From Candidatus Latescibacterota bacterium (GTDB lineage: Bacteria > Latescibacterota > UBA2968 > GCA-2709665): DNA of 64,000 bases. The notes below the pieces were generated by a model. It was not told the DNA's origin. It did no database searches and saw only the letters and a list, made by a program, of their open reading frames with translations. Below, in pieces: positions 39,700 to 49,984 of the stretch. The stretch is taken from positions 1,568,001 through 1,632,000 of the forward strand of contig OZ242358.1 of the NCBI GenBank assembly GCA_965208835.1, read 5' to 3'. A program made the position numbers and the translations under genes. Within the stretch, counting starts at the first letter, position 1. Each line of letters opens with the position of its first letter.

Positions 39700-40437
39700 T
39701 TAATGGTGTTGAGGGAAAGGGTGGGGGTGGCCGATGTAGATGCGTTCCCCGGCGGCGAGGATCTTCTCCGGGTCGTCCTTCATGACGTCGTGCGAGTCGT
39801 GCGCCTGGTAGGCCAGCGTCATGCTTCTGCGTGACGTGTCGGCGCCGTTGACGCCCGCGCCGTGGAAACAGCAATCGTTGAAGAGCAGCACGCCTCCTTC
39901 GGGCATCGGTACCGGCAGGGATTTATGGAAGAGGTCGCTCCCTTCGAATGCGCCTCCGGGACGCCGCTGGTGCCGGAAGGGCCGCCGGTGACTGCCGGGT
40001 ACGATGCGGATGCAGCCGTTCTCCAGGGTGGATTCTTCGAGATAGATGAGGGCTGTGACGAGCGTGGGATGGTAAGGCTCTTCGCCGCTGTGCCAGTAGA
40101 CGTGCTCCGATCCGGGCGGCCTTACCATGATGTGATTGTGTTTGTTGGTGAGCAGTTCGATATTGGGTCCGAGGATGGATTTCATCGGGCCCAGGATTAC
40201 GGGATGTGAGGCGGCCTCGAGGTACGTTCGGTCACGAGAGAGAATCTTCGAGAGCCGCCGCACGTCATCCGGCTCACGAGAGCCGGTCTTTTCCCACACG
40301 ACCGGCTCGATCATCCCGCTGATCTGCCGGTTGGTGACGGTATTCAGCCGTTCGACCAGGTCGGCCGGCAACAGTTCGGGAACTCGGTAGAAGCCGGTGT
40401 GGTTGAAATACCAGAGATCCTCTTCGCTCAGGGACAA
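39700..40437 (-). CDS. PhyH family Fe/2OG enzyme with HxG motif (possible halogenase)
   Basis: YWHSGE, ENGC.RIVPGSH, FHGAGVN....RRS. Confidence 0.82.
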   Translation of the reverse strand: MSLSEEDLWYFNHTGFYRVPELLPADLVERLNTVTNRQISGMIEPVVWEKTGSREPDDVRRLSKILSRDRTYLEAASHPVILGPMKSILGPNIELLTNKHNHIMVRPPGSEHVYWHSGEEPYHPTLVTALIYLEESTLENGCIRIVPGSHRRPFRHQRRPGGAFEGSDLFHKSLPVPMPEGGVLLFNDCCFHGAGVNGADTSRRSMTLAYQAHDSHDVMKDDPEKILAAGERIYIGHPHPFPQHH

Positions 40438-40660
40438 GGCACTCTCCCGTCATGTGTGAATTGCGTCCCGGATCCGGCGGATATTTAAAACGGTCACAGA
40501 CGCCTTGTCAAGGGTATTCTGGCCGTCCGGACGGAGGATGAAGGAGCCCGTGGGCGAGAACCGGTACACACGAAGAACACTCTGGCGGGATCCGATGCAC
40601 ATCGTTTTTACTGTGGCGTGAAATCGAAAAAACATTATATTTAGGATGACATACGTTCGA

Positions 40661-40757
40661 TGCCCACACCCGGCGGGCGTCTCGACGTTTCAGCCTGTCA
40701 GGGTGGGCAGACGATCTGCGAGGGTCGGGCGGCCGTTCCCGAAGGGGCGGTTTTTTT
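40661..40757 (+). promoter_or_regulatory. Putative structured 5' leader / attenuator
   Basis: TGCCCAC...GTGGGCA hairpin, then GCCGTTCC-CGAA-GGGGCGG-T7 terminator-like stem upstream of ATG 40783. Confidence 0.4.
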
Positions 40758-40782
40758 ACGTAGACGAAGAAGGGGTTGCTAC

Positions 40783-42630
40783 ATGCCGAATGCGCTGCTG
40801 GTCAGTCCCATGAATCCGGTTACGTTCTGGAGCTTTGACGAAGCGCTGAAAGTAATCGACAAAAAGGTCGCGTTTCCGCCCCTGGGGCTGTTGACCATTG
40901 CCGGCATGATGTCAGATTCATACGACGTGCGAATGGTAGACATGAATGCGCATCCGCTGATCGACGAGGATCTCGAGTGGGCAGATATTGTCATAACGTC
41001 GTCAATGATCATTCACTGGCACTCGCTGGAAGACGTAATTGCGCGCTGCAACCGGATTGGCGTTCCGGTTCTGAACGGTGGACCGCTTCCCACCCAATAC
41101 TACGAAGAGATCGAGGGCGACGCCGTCTTTTACCTGGGCGAAGCGGAAAACGGGTTTATGGACATCGTGGATCGTCTCACCACGGGTTCGGCAACCGTTG
41201 AACGGGAATACGTGGACCGACGCGGCAAGTTTCAGGATCTGGCCGTAACCCCGCTGCCCCGCTGGTCCCTGATCGATTTCGACGACTACAGCAATATGGT
41301 CATCCAGGTTACGCGCGGGTGTCCCGAGAGCTGTACGTTCTGTAACATTCCTTCGCTGTACGGGAAGATAACACGGCTTAAGAGCAAGAGCAGAATGATA
41401 CAGGAGCTGGACGCATTATACGATTCCGGCTGGCGCGGCGCGGTGATGGCTGTGGACGACAATTTCGTGGGCAACCGGGACGAAATAAGGCAATCGCTCG
41501 AGGACGAAGTCGTACCGTGGCAGCAGGAGCGCGGCTATCCGTTTCAGTTCCACACCCAGGCCAGCATCCGGGTCAGCGACGATCCGCAGTTGCTGGAGGC
41601 CATGTACAAGGCCGGGTTCGACAAGGTGTTCGCCGGAATCGAGTCTCCCGTTGAGGAAAGCCTGAAGTTCATGGGCGCTCAGAAGAACCTTCAGGGCAAT
41701 ACACCCCTTTTGGATAAAGTCAAGATTCTCCAGGAAACCGGCTTCGAAGTCCAGGCGGGGTTCATTATCGGCCTGGACACCGACCCGGACGACATTGCCG
41801 AGCGGACCATCGCTTTCATCCGGGAGGCGGGTATTCCCGTGGCGATGGTAGGTATTCTGGGTGTGTTGCGGGATACGCCCGATTACAAGCGATTCAGCCG
41901 ACAGGGAAGGCTGGTGGAAGGCGCGAAATACACGGGCGACTCGGGGGTTTTCAGCCGCGAGTTGAGTTACGTGCCTCTAATAGACCCGGATACCTTGCTG
42001 GAACGGCACCGGTGGACGGTGGAAACGCTGAACAGCCCTGAGATTTTCTTCGAACGATGCCTTACGTTTTTTAATAACCGCGGGCGTCATCCGATTGCAG
42101 ATTCACCCGTACGGCTGCTTGAGATCAAGGCGTTCTTCCGGTCGATCTGGCGCCAGGGCATCCGGAACAGCAACTACCGATGGCAATACTGGAAGTTCAT
42201 GCTGCAGGTGCTCCTCAAGCATCCCGGCAGCTTGGCGGACGCGGTGCGCCTGGCCGTGCAGGGCCATCACCTCATTCTCACCACGCAGCGCGCATTGCAG
42301 GTAGACGAGGTGAAGACATTTCTTGACGAGGCGCTCGAACATCTGGAACATTTCAATAATGGCTATCGCACGGCCTACCGGAAGAACACGGAGACGTACG
42401 CCGGACGTCTTATGCGGGCGGTTCACCACCGCTTCGAGCACTTTCAGGACGACCACAGGACCATGCAGCATCACGCCAAGGTGCTTCGGGGTGCCGCCCA
42501 GGAATACTACCAGGCAACGTGCGAGGAGTTCCAACACCAGATCCGGGAGCCGATGGAGCGTTTTCAACAGGATACCGATCACTTGCTGAGGACGTTTTCG
42601 TCCGAGCGGGCGGCACTGCAGAGGTCATAG
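40783..42630 (+). CDS. B12-binding radical SAM protein (DUF4070-type)
   Basis: FPPLGLLT.A, TRGCPESCTFC (CxxxCxxC), VDDNF.GN, GFIIGLD.D. Confidence 0.88.
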   Translation: MPNALLVSPMNPVTFWSFDEALKVIDKKVAFPPLGLLTIAGMMSDSYDVRMVDMNAHPLIDEDLEWADIVITSSMIIHWHSLEDVIARCNRIGVPVLNGGPLPTQYYEEIEGDAVFYLGEAENGFMDIVDRLTTGSATVEREYVDRRGKFQDLAVTPLPRWSLIDFDDYSNMVIQVTRGCPESCTFCNIPSLYGKITRLKSKSRMIQELDALYDSGWRGAVMAVDDNFVGNRDEIRQSLEDEVVPWQQERGYPFQFHTQASIRVSDDPQLLEAMYKAGFDKVFAGIESPVEESLKFMGAQKNLQGNTPLLDKVKILQETGFEVQAGFIIGLDTDPDDIAERTIAFIREAGIPVAMVGILGVLRDTPDYKRFSRQGRLVEGAKYTGDSGVFSRELSYVPLIDPDTLLERHRWTVETLNSPEIFFERCLTFFNNRGRHPIADSPVRLLEIKAFFRSIWRQGIRNSNYRWQYWKFMLQVLLKHPGSLADAVRLAVQGHHLILTTQRALQVDEVKTFLDEALEHLEHFNNGYRTAYRKNTETYAGRLMRAVHHRFEHFQDDHRTMQHHAKVLRGAAQEYYQATCEEFQHQIREPMERFQQDTDHLLRTFSSERAALQRS

Positions 42631-42692
42631 TGTCCCCGTCGATTCATCCCCTCCTGCCGCGTCGCCTGCAGAGCGACTTTATCGACGGACTG

Positions 42693-43925
42693 TTATAGCT
42701 TCCAGTAGTCGTCGATGTCGCGCTGGTAGGCGTTCACTTTTCCACTGATTACATCGTTGACCTTGACGATCTCACCGGATTTACCTGATTCGTACAGTGC
42801 TTCGCTCACCGCCTTGCTGCGCAGGCCTTCCTCCGCGTCAATCTCCACGTTGCGTCCGGTGCTCATCGCGTCAATAAAGTCCCAGAGTTCCAGAGGCATT
42901 CCGCCGGTGATGCCGTAGGGAAACAGGCGTTCGTTCTCTTCCTCGCTCAGGCTCTTCCTGAACATATCCACAACCCGTTCCATGCTGTAGGTGACGCCGT
43001 CCAGGAGTTGGCACTCACCGCGGATCGCGCCTGCCGCCGGATGGAAGATATCGTATTCAACGATGGTGCCCTTGCTGCCCGTAAGGCTGAGTTGCAGAAA
43101 GCCCTTGCCGGGCGCGCTGTTGGTCCAGGACCAGGTTCCGATAACCCCGCTCCTGAAATTGAAAATGCTGGTCCAGAAGTCTTCTCGCGTGTCGTTGATG
43201 ATCCTTTTTCCCTTCCGGTGCGGGCGTTTCTCTATTTGCTCCACGCGCGCGTATACGCTGTCCACTTCACCGAACCAGTAGCGCATTGTATCCACCCAGT
43301 GGGCGCCGCTGTCCATCACCATGCCGCAGCCGCCCAGCCGACGGTCGACTCGCCAGTGCCAGTCCTGGATATGCTTCGGGTCCTGCCACGACGCGCTTGC
43401 GGCCAGCCAGAAACGCGGTTTTCCCATCAGACCCCCCGCGTTGAACGCCCAGTGGATCGCGCGCTGCCCGACGCTGCGGCGGCACTGTTCGGCCGTTGCG
43501 GCAATGCGTTTGTTTTTCTTCGCGGCGGCGATTATCTTTTTCGTGGCCTTCACGGTGATACCGATGGGTTTTTCGCAGATGATGTTCACGCCGCCGGAAA
43601 GCAGCTCGCACGCCAGTACGTGGTGCAGCCCGTGTGGCCCGCAGATATCGGCGCCGTCCAGATGCTTCTCGCCGTTGAGCAATTCCTCTACGGTCCGGTA
43701 GGCGTTTACAGACTCGCCGGTGTGGCCTTCAATCCGTTCCGCCATGGCGGTGGCACGTTCCGGAACATCGTCCACGGCGGCGACGATGCGGAAACGCGTT
43801 TCGTTTCTTTCCATGAGTTCGGCGTAACCCCTGAGATGCGCGCCTGCGATACCGCCGCAGCCAACGATGGCGAGGTTTACCGTCTTGCCGCCCGAGTGTC
43901 TGGCCATGCCGATCCTTTCAGTCAT
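42693..43925 (-). CDS. Gfo/Idh/MocA oxidoreductase
   Basis: VGCGGIA, CEKPIG, DSGAHWVD. Confidence 0.88.
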   Translation of the reverse strand: MTERIGMARHSGGKTVNLAIVGCGGIAGAHLRGYAELMERNETRFRIVAAVDDVPERATAMAERIEGHTGESVNAYRTVEELLNGEKHLDGADICGPHGLHHVLACELLSGGVNIICEKPIGITVKATKKIIAAAKKNKRIAATAEQCRRSVGQRAIHWAFNAGGLMGKPRFWLAASASWQDPKHIQDWHWRVDRRLGGCGMVMDSGAHWVDTMRYWFGEVDSVYARVEQIEKRPHRKGKRIINDTREDFWTSIFNFRSGVIGTWSWTNSAPGKGFLQLSLTGSKGTIVEYDIFHPAAGAIRGECQLLDGVTYSMERVVDMFRKSLSEEENERLFPYGITGGMPLELWDFIDAMSTGRNVEIDAEEGLRSKAVSEALYESGKSGEIVKVNDVISGKVNAYQRDIDDYWKL

Positions 43926-44207
43926 ATCCGCGATCCGTTGTCGAGGCCTCGCGAGTTAGCGGCCCGGTTTCCTGTCTGCGGGTTCCATATTACCCGGTCC
44001 GGGTGAATTGTCAAGTCGATTGTTTGTGGTGTAAGGAAACCCGGCGGACCGGTTCAAAACAACCGCGTTTCCATTCCGCATGAACATGCTGCTGAAATCT
44101 CCGGTGTTGACGGCCGCACCGTCGATCGTCCAGTCAGGTCGCTCCCCCGTGAATCCCTTCGTGTCATTGTGTATCCAATTGAAATCCTATTAAGGAGGTA
44201 AGACAAG

Positions 44208-45077
44208 ATGTTGATTGACGCACATAACCATCCCAACTGGCACGGCTACGATGCGAAGCGAATTCTGAACAACATGGATGAGCAGGGCATTGACAGGATG
44301 TGGCTGTTTACCTGGGAGGTGCCGGAAGACGAATACAGTCCGTCCTATCACAAGGCCCTGCCTCCCGGTGGGACAGGCATTCCGCTCGAAGACGTGCTGC
44401 AGGTGGGAAGGGAGGCGCGCGACCGCTTCGTGCTGGGCTACTTCCCGCACCCCAAGAGGCCCGATGCGGCCGATCGCCTTCGTGCGGCACGCGAAATACA
44501 CGGCATCCGGGTTGCCAGTGAGATGAAGGTGCGCGTCCTGTTCGACGACCCGGATGCGATTCAGCTATATAACGCGTGCGCTGAAATGAAACTGCCCATA
44601 ACGATCCATCTCGACTATCCCATCAACCACGGCGGGGGGAACTATCCCAGACCGAACTACTGGTACGGCGGGAGTATCGAGGCGTTCGAGCGGGCGATCG
44701 CGGCCTGCCCGGAAACGACCTTCATCGGTCACGCGCCAGGGTTCTGGGCACACATCTCGGGAGACGATCTCTACGACAAACAGTCGTATCCGAATGCGCC
44801 GGTGCTTCCGGGGGGAAAACTGTGGGATTTGATGCGCCAGTACGACAATCTGTGGGCAGACCTCTCCGCTGGCTCGGCGCTGAACGCGCTCAAGCGGGAC
44901 CCGGGGACCGGAACGAAATTCCTCATCGAGTTTCAGGATAAATTGCTGTGGGGGCGCGACTATTTCGACACAGCGCTGATGGATTTCTTCCAGGGACTGT
45001 CGTTGCCCAATGGCGCGTATGACAAGATTACCTATCTGAACGCGTTGCGTATTCTTGGCGAATCCGTCCCGGGTTAG
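44208..45077 (+). CDS. Amidohydrolase family protein
   Basis: IDAHNH, FIGHAPGFW, ADLSAGS, LLWGRDY. Confidence 0.85.
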   Translation: MLIDAHNHPNWHGYDAKRILNNMDEQGIDRMWLFTWEVPEDEYSPSYHKALPPGGTGIPLEDVLQVGREARDRFVLGYFPHPKRPDAADRLRAAREIHGIRVASEMKVRVLFDDPDAIQLYNACAEMKLPITIHLDYPINHGGGNYPRPNYWYGGSIEAFERAIAACPETTFIGHAPGFWAHISGDDLYDKQSYPNAPVLPGGKLWDLMRQYDNLWADLSAGSALNALKRDPGTGTKFLIEFQDKLLWGRDYFDTALMDFFQGLSLPNGAYDKITYLNALRILGESVPG

Positions 45078-45113
45078 GCCGGCAGCCCGCGTCGCGCCAA
45101 GCGCCCGCGATCC

Positions 45114-46232
45114 TTACGTTTTGACGAACTCTGTAAGTTTCCGGGCGTACGCCACGTTGCCATACTCCCTGAGGATCCGGTCCTGCGCGCGTGCCGCGGC
45201 GTTTTTCCGCTGGGTTTCGTGTTCCAGCCACCATCGCGCTTTTTGCTGGAGCTCATCCAGGTCGGCCCACGTGTCAATCTCCGTGCCGACGTCGAAGATT
45301 TCCTCGATGCCCGCCACATAATCGGTCAGCATGAACCCGCCGCTGCCGGTGATTGCGGTATCTCGCTGATTCAGATAGCCGTGGGAATCGGGCGAATTGT
45401 GTTGGTTAATATTGACCCTGGAGGCCTTGTACACGCCGGGAAGCTCCATGTAACTCCGAAATCCGCGGTAGGAATATCTGGGCAGGTCCTGAAACGTGCC
45501 GAAACCCAGTCCCCCGTATACATGGACCCTTCCCAGGTCTCTGAGTGCGGCGACCACTTCCTGTCTCAGCGCGCGCTGGGCCGGAAAGGGGATGGTGTGG
45601 GTGATCCGTTTGACCAGGTCTTCGGATTCCAGGTACTCGTCCGGGCTGCCGCCTTCCTTTGTGTATAACGACATGATGGTGACGGAGAAGTCACATTCCT
45701 CGTGTCGCGCCGGTCTGGCGAAACGATGCAGCTCCATTGCCGGCGGCGGATACAGCACGATAGCCTTTATTCCTCGTTTTGCATAGACATCCACACTTTC
45801 CCTGCAACACGTCGCGGCATATTCGAACTCGCGGGTGAAATGCGGGCTTCGGAGCAGGTCCCACGGATCGTCCTGGGTGTGTGTTACGGTTTTGCACCAG
45901 GGAAATCGCTCTCGCAGCTCCCCGATGAGCCCCGGCGGCCGGTCGTCCTTGCTGAACCACCAGATGAGCAGTTCCGGTTCGTGCTCGATGACGGTTCTGA
46001 ACAGACCCTCCTGGAACGCGCCGACGTCCCTGTATTTCAGGTCCCACATTTCGTGAGGAGGGATGATGTCGGCCTCCTCCTTTGCCAGTGCGACATCCGC
46101 TTCGAGATTCGCCTCGATACACCCCCGTGTGGGCTGATAGAGGACATCGTAACCGATGCTCTTGAAACCGTGCTGAATGCTCCAGAGGGATTGCCCGGGC
46201 AGGAATCCGCCCAGCAGGAGGACTTTCGGCAT
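45114..46232 (-). CDS. Glycosyltransferase (CgeB-like GT-B)
   Basis: DDPW, YKASRVNINQH, N.R...I.GSGGF.LTD....IEEIF..G.EI. Confidence 0.75.
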   Translation of the reverse strand: MPKVLLLGGFLPGQSLWSIQHGFKSIGYDVLYQPTRGCIEANLEADVALAKEEADIIPPHEMWDLKYRDVGAFQEGLFRTVIEHEPELLIWWFSKDDRPPGLIGELRERFPWCKTVTHTQDDPWDLLRSPHFTREFEYAATCCRESVDVYAKRGIKAIVLYPPPAMELHRFARPARHEECDFSVTIMSLYTKEGGSPDEYLESEDLVKRITHTIPFPAQRALRQEVVAALRDLGRVHVYGGLGFGTFQDLPRYSYRGFRSYMELPGVYKASRVNINQHNSPDSHGYLNQRDTAITGSGGFMLTDYVAGIEEIFDVGTEIDTWADLDELQQKARWWLEHETQRKNAAARAQDRILREYGNVAYARKLTEFVKT

Positions 46233-46511
46233 CTTCAGTTCCTTTCAGGTCAGGAATTGCGACCGTTTGACGTATTCATCCGGCCCTACGGCGAACGTCA
46301 GGCAACCGATCTGTCACGTGTGCGTATACATAATTACACGAGGCGATCACATCGACGCCGTCCATGGTCCCTAACGGTTTCGCTTCGGACGATGGCCGAA
46401 AGATAGATGAATCGATGTTCGTCCGAAAGACGAAAGCGGCCCGGTTTACCTGACCCGCTTTTTGGGTTGCCCGCGACGGGTTTTTGTACTTACTTGGAAT
46501 CGTGGGCCTTA

Positions 46512-46699
46512 GAAGCTGTTTTAAAATTACCGGTGAGTTCCCGAGCGCGAGCGAAAAAGTGGCGGGCAAGGCGGGAAAACCCGCCCATATCCAATGTATC
46601 GTGGCTGCGCGCCCCTCGCCACTCTTGGGTGGGTTTGACCAACGCCGACCGGCGCTTTTGCAGCCGCGCGAAGACCGCTGGGAATTTTAAGTCAGCTTC
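46512..46699. mobile_element. MITE with ~20-bp terminal inverted repeats and TTA duplication
   Basis: TTA|GAAGCTGTTTTAAAATTACC...GGGAATTTTAAGTCAGCTTC|TTA. Confidence 0.7.
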
Positions 46700-46732
46700 T
46701 TAGCACGTGGTGCGTCGAACGGAGGTGTTGCG

Positions 46733-47590
46733 TTGACGACGGACACGGACCTGACTGCACACCGGACTTCAATACGTTCGTGGTGGTCTGCCGACGGTCA
46801 CCGGTTCCTGCCGCCGGCGCTCATCACCTGCATATTGATTGGCAGCCAGATTACATATGGAATTCTTGAGGATCTGTCGAAAACGGCATTGGCCATCGCG
46901 GTCGCAGTCGGCGTGGAGGGTCTGCTGGGCAGACTGCATGGGAGCCGCAAACCGAATTTCGTGAGCGGATACATCACCGGAATCAGCGTGGGGATTCTGA
47001 TCCGCTCGCTATGGTTGTGGCCCTATGCGCTTTGCAGCGCGGTCTCGATTCTGTCCAAGTATGTGGTCCGATGGCGAGGCAGGCATCTTTGGAACCCGTC
47101 CAATCTCGGCGTTAGCGCGATGTTCTTCCTTGCGCCGGAAATGGCGGCGGGGCTGAGTATTCAGTGGGGTAACGCCGTCTGGGTCATGCTGGTGATCTGG
47201 GTATTTGGCTGGATGGCGGTCTGGCGGGTAAAGCGGCTGCACATCTGTCTGACGTACGTGGTGAGTTTCCTGCTGTTCGGGGTTGTACGAAGTCTTGTCA
47301 CGGGGCAGGCGTATCTGGCCGGTGTGGCGCCCATTACCGGTCCAATGTACCAGCTGTTTATTTTCTTCATGATTACGGATCCAAAAACAACGGTGAACAC
47401 AGTGCGTGGCCAGTGCTGGGTTGCGTTTACCGTAGCTGCGGTTGAAGCCGGACTGCGTCTGTACGAGCAGGTCTATGCCCCGTTCTATGCGTTGTTTCTC
47501 GTTGGACCCTGCGCGGTGGCAACGGAGATATGGTTGGAGAAGCGTGGCGTGTCTGGGGAAATTGGGGCCCGAAGTGAAGTCGGTGGTTGA
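46733..47590 (+). CDS. RnfD/NqrB-like (UnbU-like) membrane protein
   Basis: SKY..RW.GRHLWNPSNLG, LF.FFMITDPKTT. Confidence 0.72.
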   Translation: MTTDTDLTAHRTSIRSWWSADGHRFLPPALITCILIGSQITYGILEDLSKTALAIAVAVGVEGLLGRLHGSRKPNFVSGYITGISVGILIRSLWLWPYALCSAVSILSKYVVRWRGRHLWNPSNLGVSAMFFLAPEMAAGLSIQWGNAVWVMLVIWVFGWMAVWRVKRLHICLTYVVSFLLFGVVRSLVTGQAYLAGVAPITGPMYQLFIFFMITDPKTTVNTVRGQCWVAFTVAAVEAGLRLYEQVYAPFYALFLVGPCAVATEIWLEKRGVSGEIGARSEVGG

Positions 47591-47618
47591 CGGTGCAACC
47601 ATTTGCAAGGAGGTGGCG

Positions 47619-47930
47619 ATGAAGACTGAAATCAGGGGGAAACACTTCGAGGTGTCCGTCCGGTTGCGGGAGTACATCGAAAAAGAAACACAAAAACTGA
47701 AACAGTTCTATGAACCGATTCTGGACACCCGGATTACGCTGGAGCGGGAGAACCGGATGTACAGGGTCGAGATTGTGGTACACGTTCATAACCACATCCT
47801 TAAAGCCACTGACGAACAGGATGCCGTCCATCCCGCGCTTGGGGGTGCGATCGACAAGATGGTCCGGCAGCTCAAGAGGGTCAAGGAACGACAGCGCAGG
47901 CCGCGGGTTCCCGCAGCAGCGCGGAATTGA
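47619..47930 (+). CDS. hpf: Ribosome hibernation promoting factor / RaiA
   Basis: IRGKHFEVS..LREYIEK...KL..F; AID.M.RQLKR.KE; AAGGAGG RBS. Confidence 0.88.
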   Translation: MKTEIRGKHFEVSVRLREYIEKETQKLKQFYEPILDTRITLERENRMYRVEIVVHVHNHILKATDEQDAVHPALGGAIDKMVRQLKRVKERQRRPRVPAAARN

Positions 47931-47947
47931 GCGACGGCGATCCAACG

Positions 47948-47987
47948 AAACGCTCCCCTGGCAGCTGCCGCGGGGAGCGTTTTTTCT
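47948..47987 (+). terminator. Intrinsic terminator after hpf
   Basis: AAACGCTCCCC...GGGGAGCGTTTTTTT. Confidence 0.8.
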
Positions 47988-47992
47988 GTTTG

Positions 47993-49423
47993 TCAGGAAT
48001 CGCGGATATCGACGGCGGGGCTGCGCCAGGTCCGCAGGAGGTTCCATGCCAGCGCCGCCGCCGCCAGCCACCCGAGCACGCCGGAGAGCCCGAATGCGGT
48101 CATCGAAACCGCCAAACCACCGGGAACCCGGTCCAGAATCCCTACCAGGAACAGTGGCGCGATGCGACAAAGCGCGGCGGCGGTCGCGACGTAAAAGGTG
48201 GCAGCCACCAGACCCGGTAAGGCGACTTTGCGTTTGTGAAGGAAGCCGGGCACCATCCGAGGCGCCATGCCCAGCAGAAGGAGGGTGATAAAGCCCGCAA
48301 GATGTGTGTGGCGCAATGCATCGGGATCGAACGGAGATGCGATGCGAAGGAGGACAAGAGCGCCATCCAGCAATTCAACCATAGCGGCGAGTGCCAGGAA
48401 GGCGTACGCGGCGTAGAGCAGCAGTTCGAATCGGCCGAACTCGCCATAGTCCGGCAAGCCAGGGCGCGTGGGGCGCCTGTCGGGCCCGGGTTCGCCGATG
48501 CGGTGTACGGTCCATGGAGGATACCACCGGAAGAGAATGTCCAGTTTCCAGATGAAAAGAAGGAGGATTGCGCCTCTGAGAACTTTCCCGATGGGCGAAA
48601 GATGCGCAAGAGACGATGCGAAGGAAATCTCCGTGAGTTGTGCGAATACAGGCACATGGATCAGGATGAGCGCCATGAGATAGACCTGTCCGTAACGTGC
48701 GACGGGCCAGCGGACGGCGGGCAGGCGCAGGTAGAGCGGAAGCGTACGGACGGAAAACGCCATCGCCGTGGGAAGGACGACGAATCCGGTGAACAACTCA
48801 ATACCGAATCGGTTCCACGCGATGTCAAGCAGGGGGTTGTCGCCAAGGCTCGCGTGAAATGCGAGACCCGCCGCGAGCAGTGAATACAGTCCCCACCCCG
48901 CAATGGCGATAGCCAGGAAGATGCGCACCGTCTTCAGTGCCGGGCGGTCCTCAGGTGCGCCGCGTAAGGTAGTGACCAAGAGATAGAGATAAGTAAAGAC
49001 GCCCGCCGTTTCCAACAGCGCGGAGAAACCGAGCGTCCATCGCAGGCCGGTATGGACCGGGTCTTCAAGTCCCACGGCAAGCAGCGGCTGCGAGAGCGCA
49101 CGAAGGAAAATGCCGCTTGCAAGAAGAGAGAGAATCCAGGTGGAAAGCCGGGGATGGCGCAGTGGCGCACCCGCCAGACGAGGCAGGAAGTAGAGGCTAA
49201 CGCCGATGATGAAGAGGCCGATCCAGCCTAGGAGCTGGGCGTGGCCATGCGCCTGGAGCATGGCGACCCACCAGCTTCCCATAGGCAACTGAAAACCGAT
49301 CAGCACGGCCAGGACGGCCGCGTAGCCGAACCCGACGGTCAGCGCGACAGACAGCGACGCCAGCACAAAGCCGAAGTAAAAAGGGGTGTGGGCGCGTTTC
49401 TGATTATCGGACAAGGATGTCAC
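47993..49423 (-). CDS. nnrS: NnrS-family heme/copper membrane protein
   Basis: QAHGHAQL.GW...FI.G....FLPR; DALRH....GF.T.L..GM..RMVP; start uncertain. Confidence 0.7.
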   Translation of the reverse strand: MTSLSDNQKRAHTPFYFGFVLASLSVALTVGFGYAAVLAVLIGFQLPMGSWWVAMLQAHGHAQLLGWIGLFIIGVSLYFLPRLAGAPLRHPRLSTWILSLLASGIFLRALSQPLLAVGLEDPVHTGLRWTLGFSALLETAGVFTYLYLLVTTLRGAPEDRPALKTVRIFLAIAIAGWGLYSLLAAGLAFHASLGDNPLLDIAWNRFGIELFTGFVVLPTAMAFSVRTLPLYLRLPAVRWPVARYGQVYLMALILIHVPVFAQLTEISFASSLAHLSPIGKVLRGAILLLFIWKLDILFRWYPPWTVHRIGEPGPDRRPTRPGLPDYGEFGRFELLLYAAYAFLALAAMVELLDGALVLLRIASPFDPDALRHTHLAGFITLLLLGMAPRMVPGFLHKRKVALPGLVAATFYVATAAALCRIAPLFLVGILDRVPGGLAVSMTAFGLSGVLGWLAAAALAWNLLRTWRSPAVDIRDS

Positions 49424-49529
49424 CTGGAGTCGGGATGAGGGGAAGTTCGAATTCGTGTCGAATTTCGATCCGCCGCGCACTCGATAAATTAACCCGCCAA
49501 CACGATTCCGCAACCTCTTTCCAGAAAAC

Positions 49530-49660
49530 CGGGTAGACGTTAGACGTAAGAGGGATGAGACAGGCTGCCTTGTAACGTCTCAACTCAGGCCGGAGGCAAG
49601 CAGGAGGAACCTGACGGACAAGGATTTCTTCTCCCGGCGCACGTCTCCCCTCTAACCACT
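49530..49660. repeat. Intergenic repeat family B, copy 5
   Basis: GGGTAGACGTTAGACGTAAGA...GCCTTGTAA...GGCAAG...AAGGATTTCTTCT..CGTCTCCCCTCTAACC. Confidence 0.65.
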
Positions 49661-49984
49661 TTTAGTGCCCTTGGTTAATTTCCTGAACTTATGTACAAAG
49701 ACGTGTGTCTATAGACAATGACAGGCGTTGCGGGACGGGTGATCTGTCGCCTGACGGCTCCCCACTGGTCGCTGATGGTGTGCGCCTCACACAAGGGAAG
49801 CCACCCAGGTACCATACGCCTGGCCATTTGAGAGGATTATCAAAGCAGAGCGCGCTATTCCGTCCAGCACCAGCGTCTGATATACTTCCGAGGCTGGCAG
49901 GGCAACGGATTTTGTGCATCCACTGGGGCAATTCGTGCGATGCATAAGGCAGGCCCCGCGCCCAGCGGCGACAATTCTAAAGGC

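Noticed and set aside
40783-42630. B12 radical SAM as tailoring enzyme for the island peptides
   Set aside because: 20 kb away, host-like composition, no RRE/SPASM features; belongs to a widespread DUF4070-type family.
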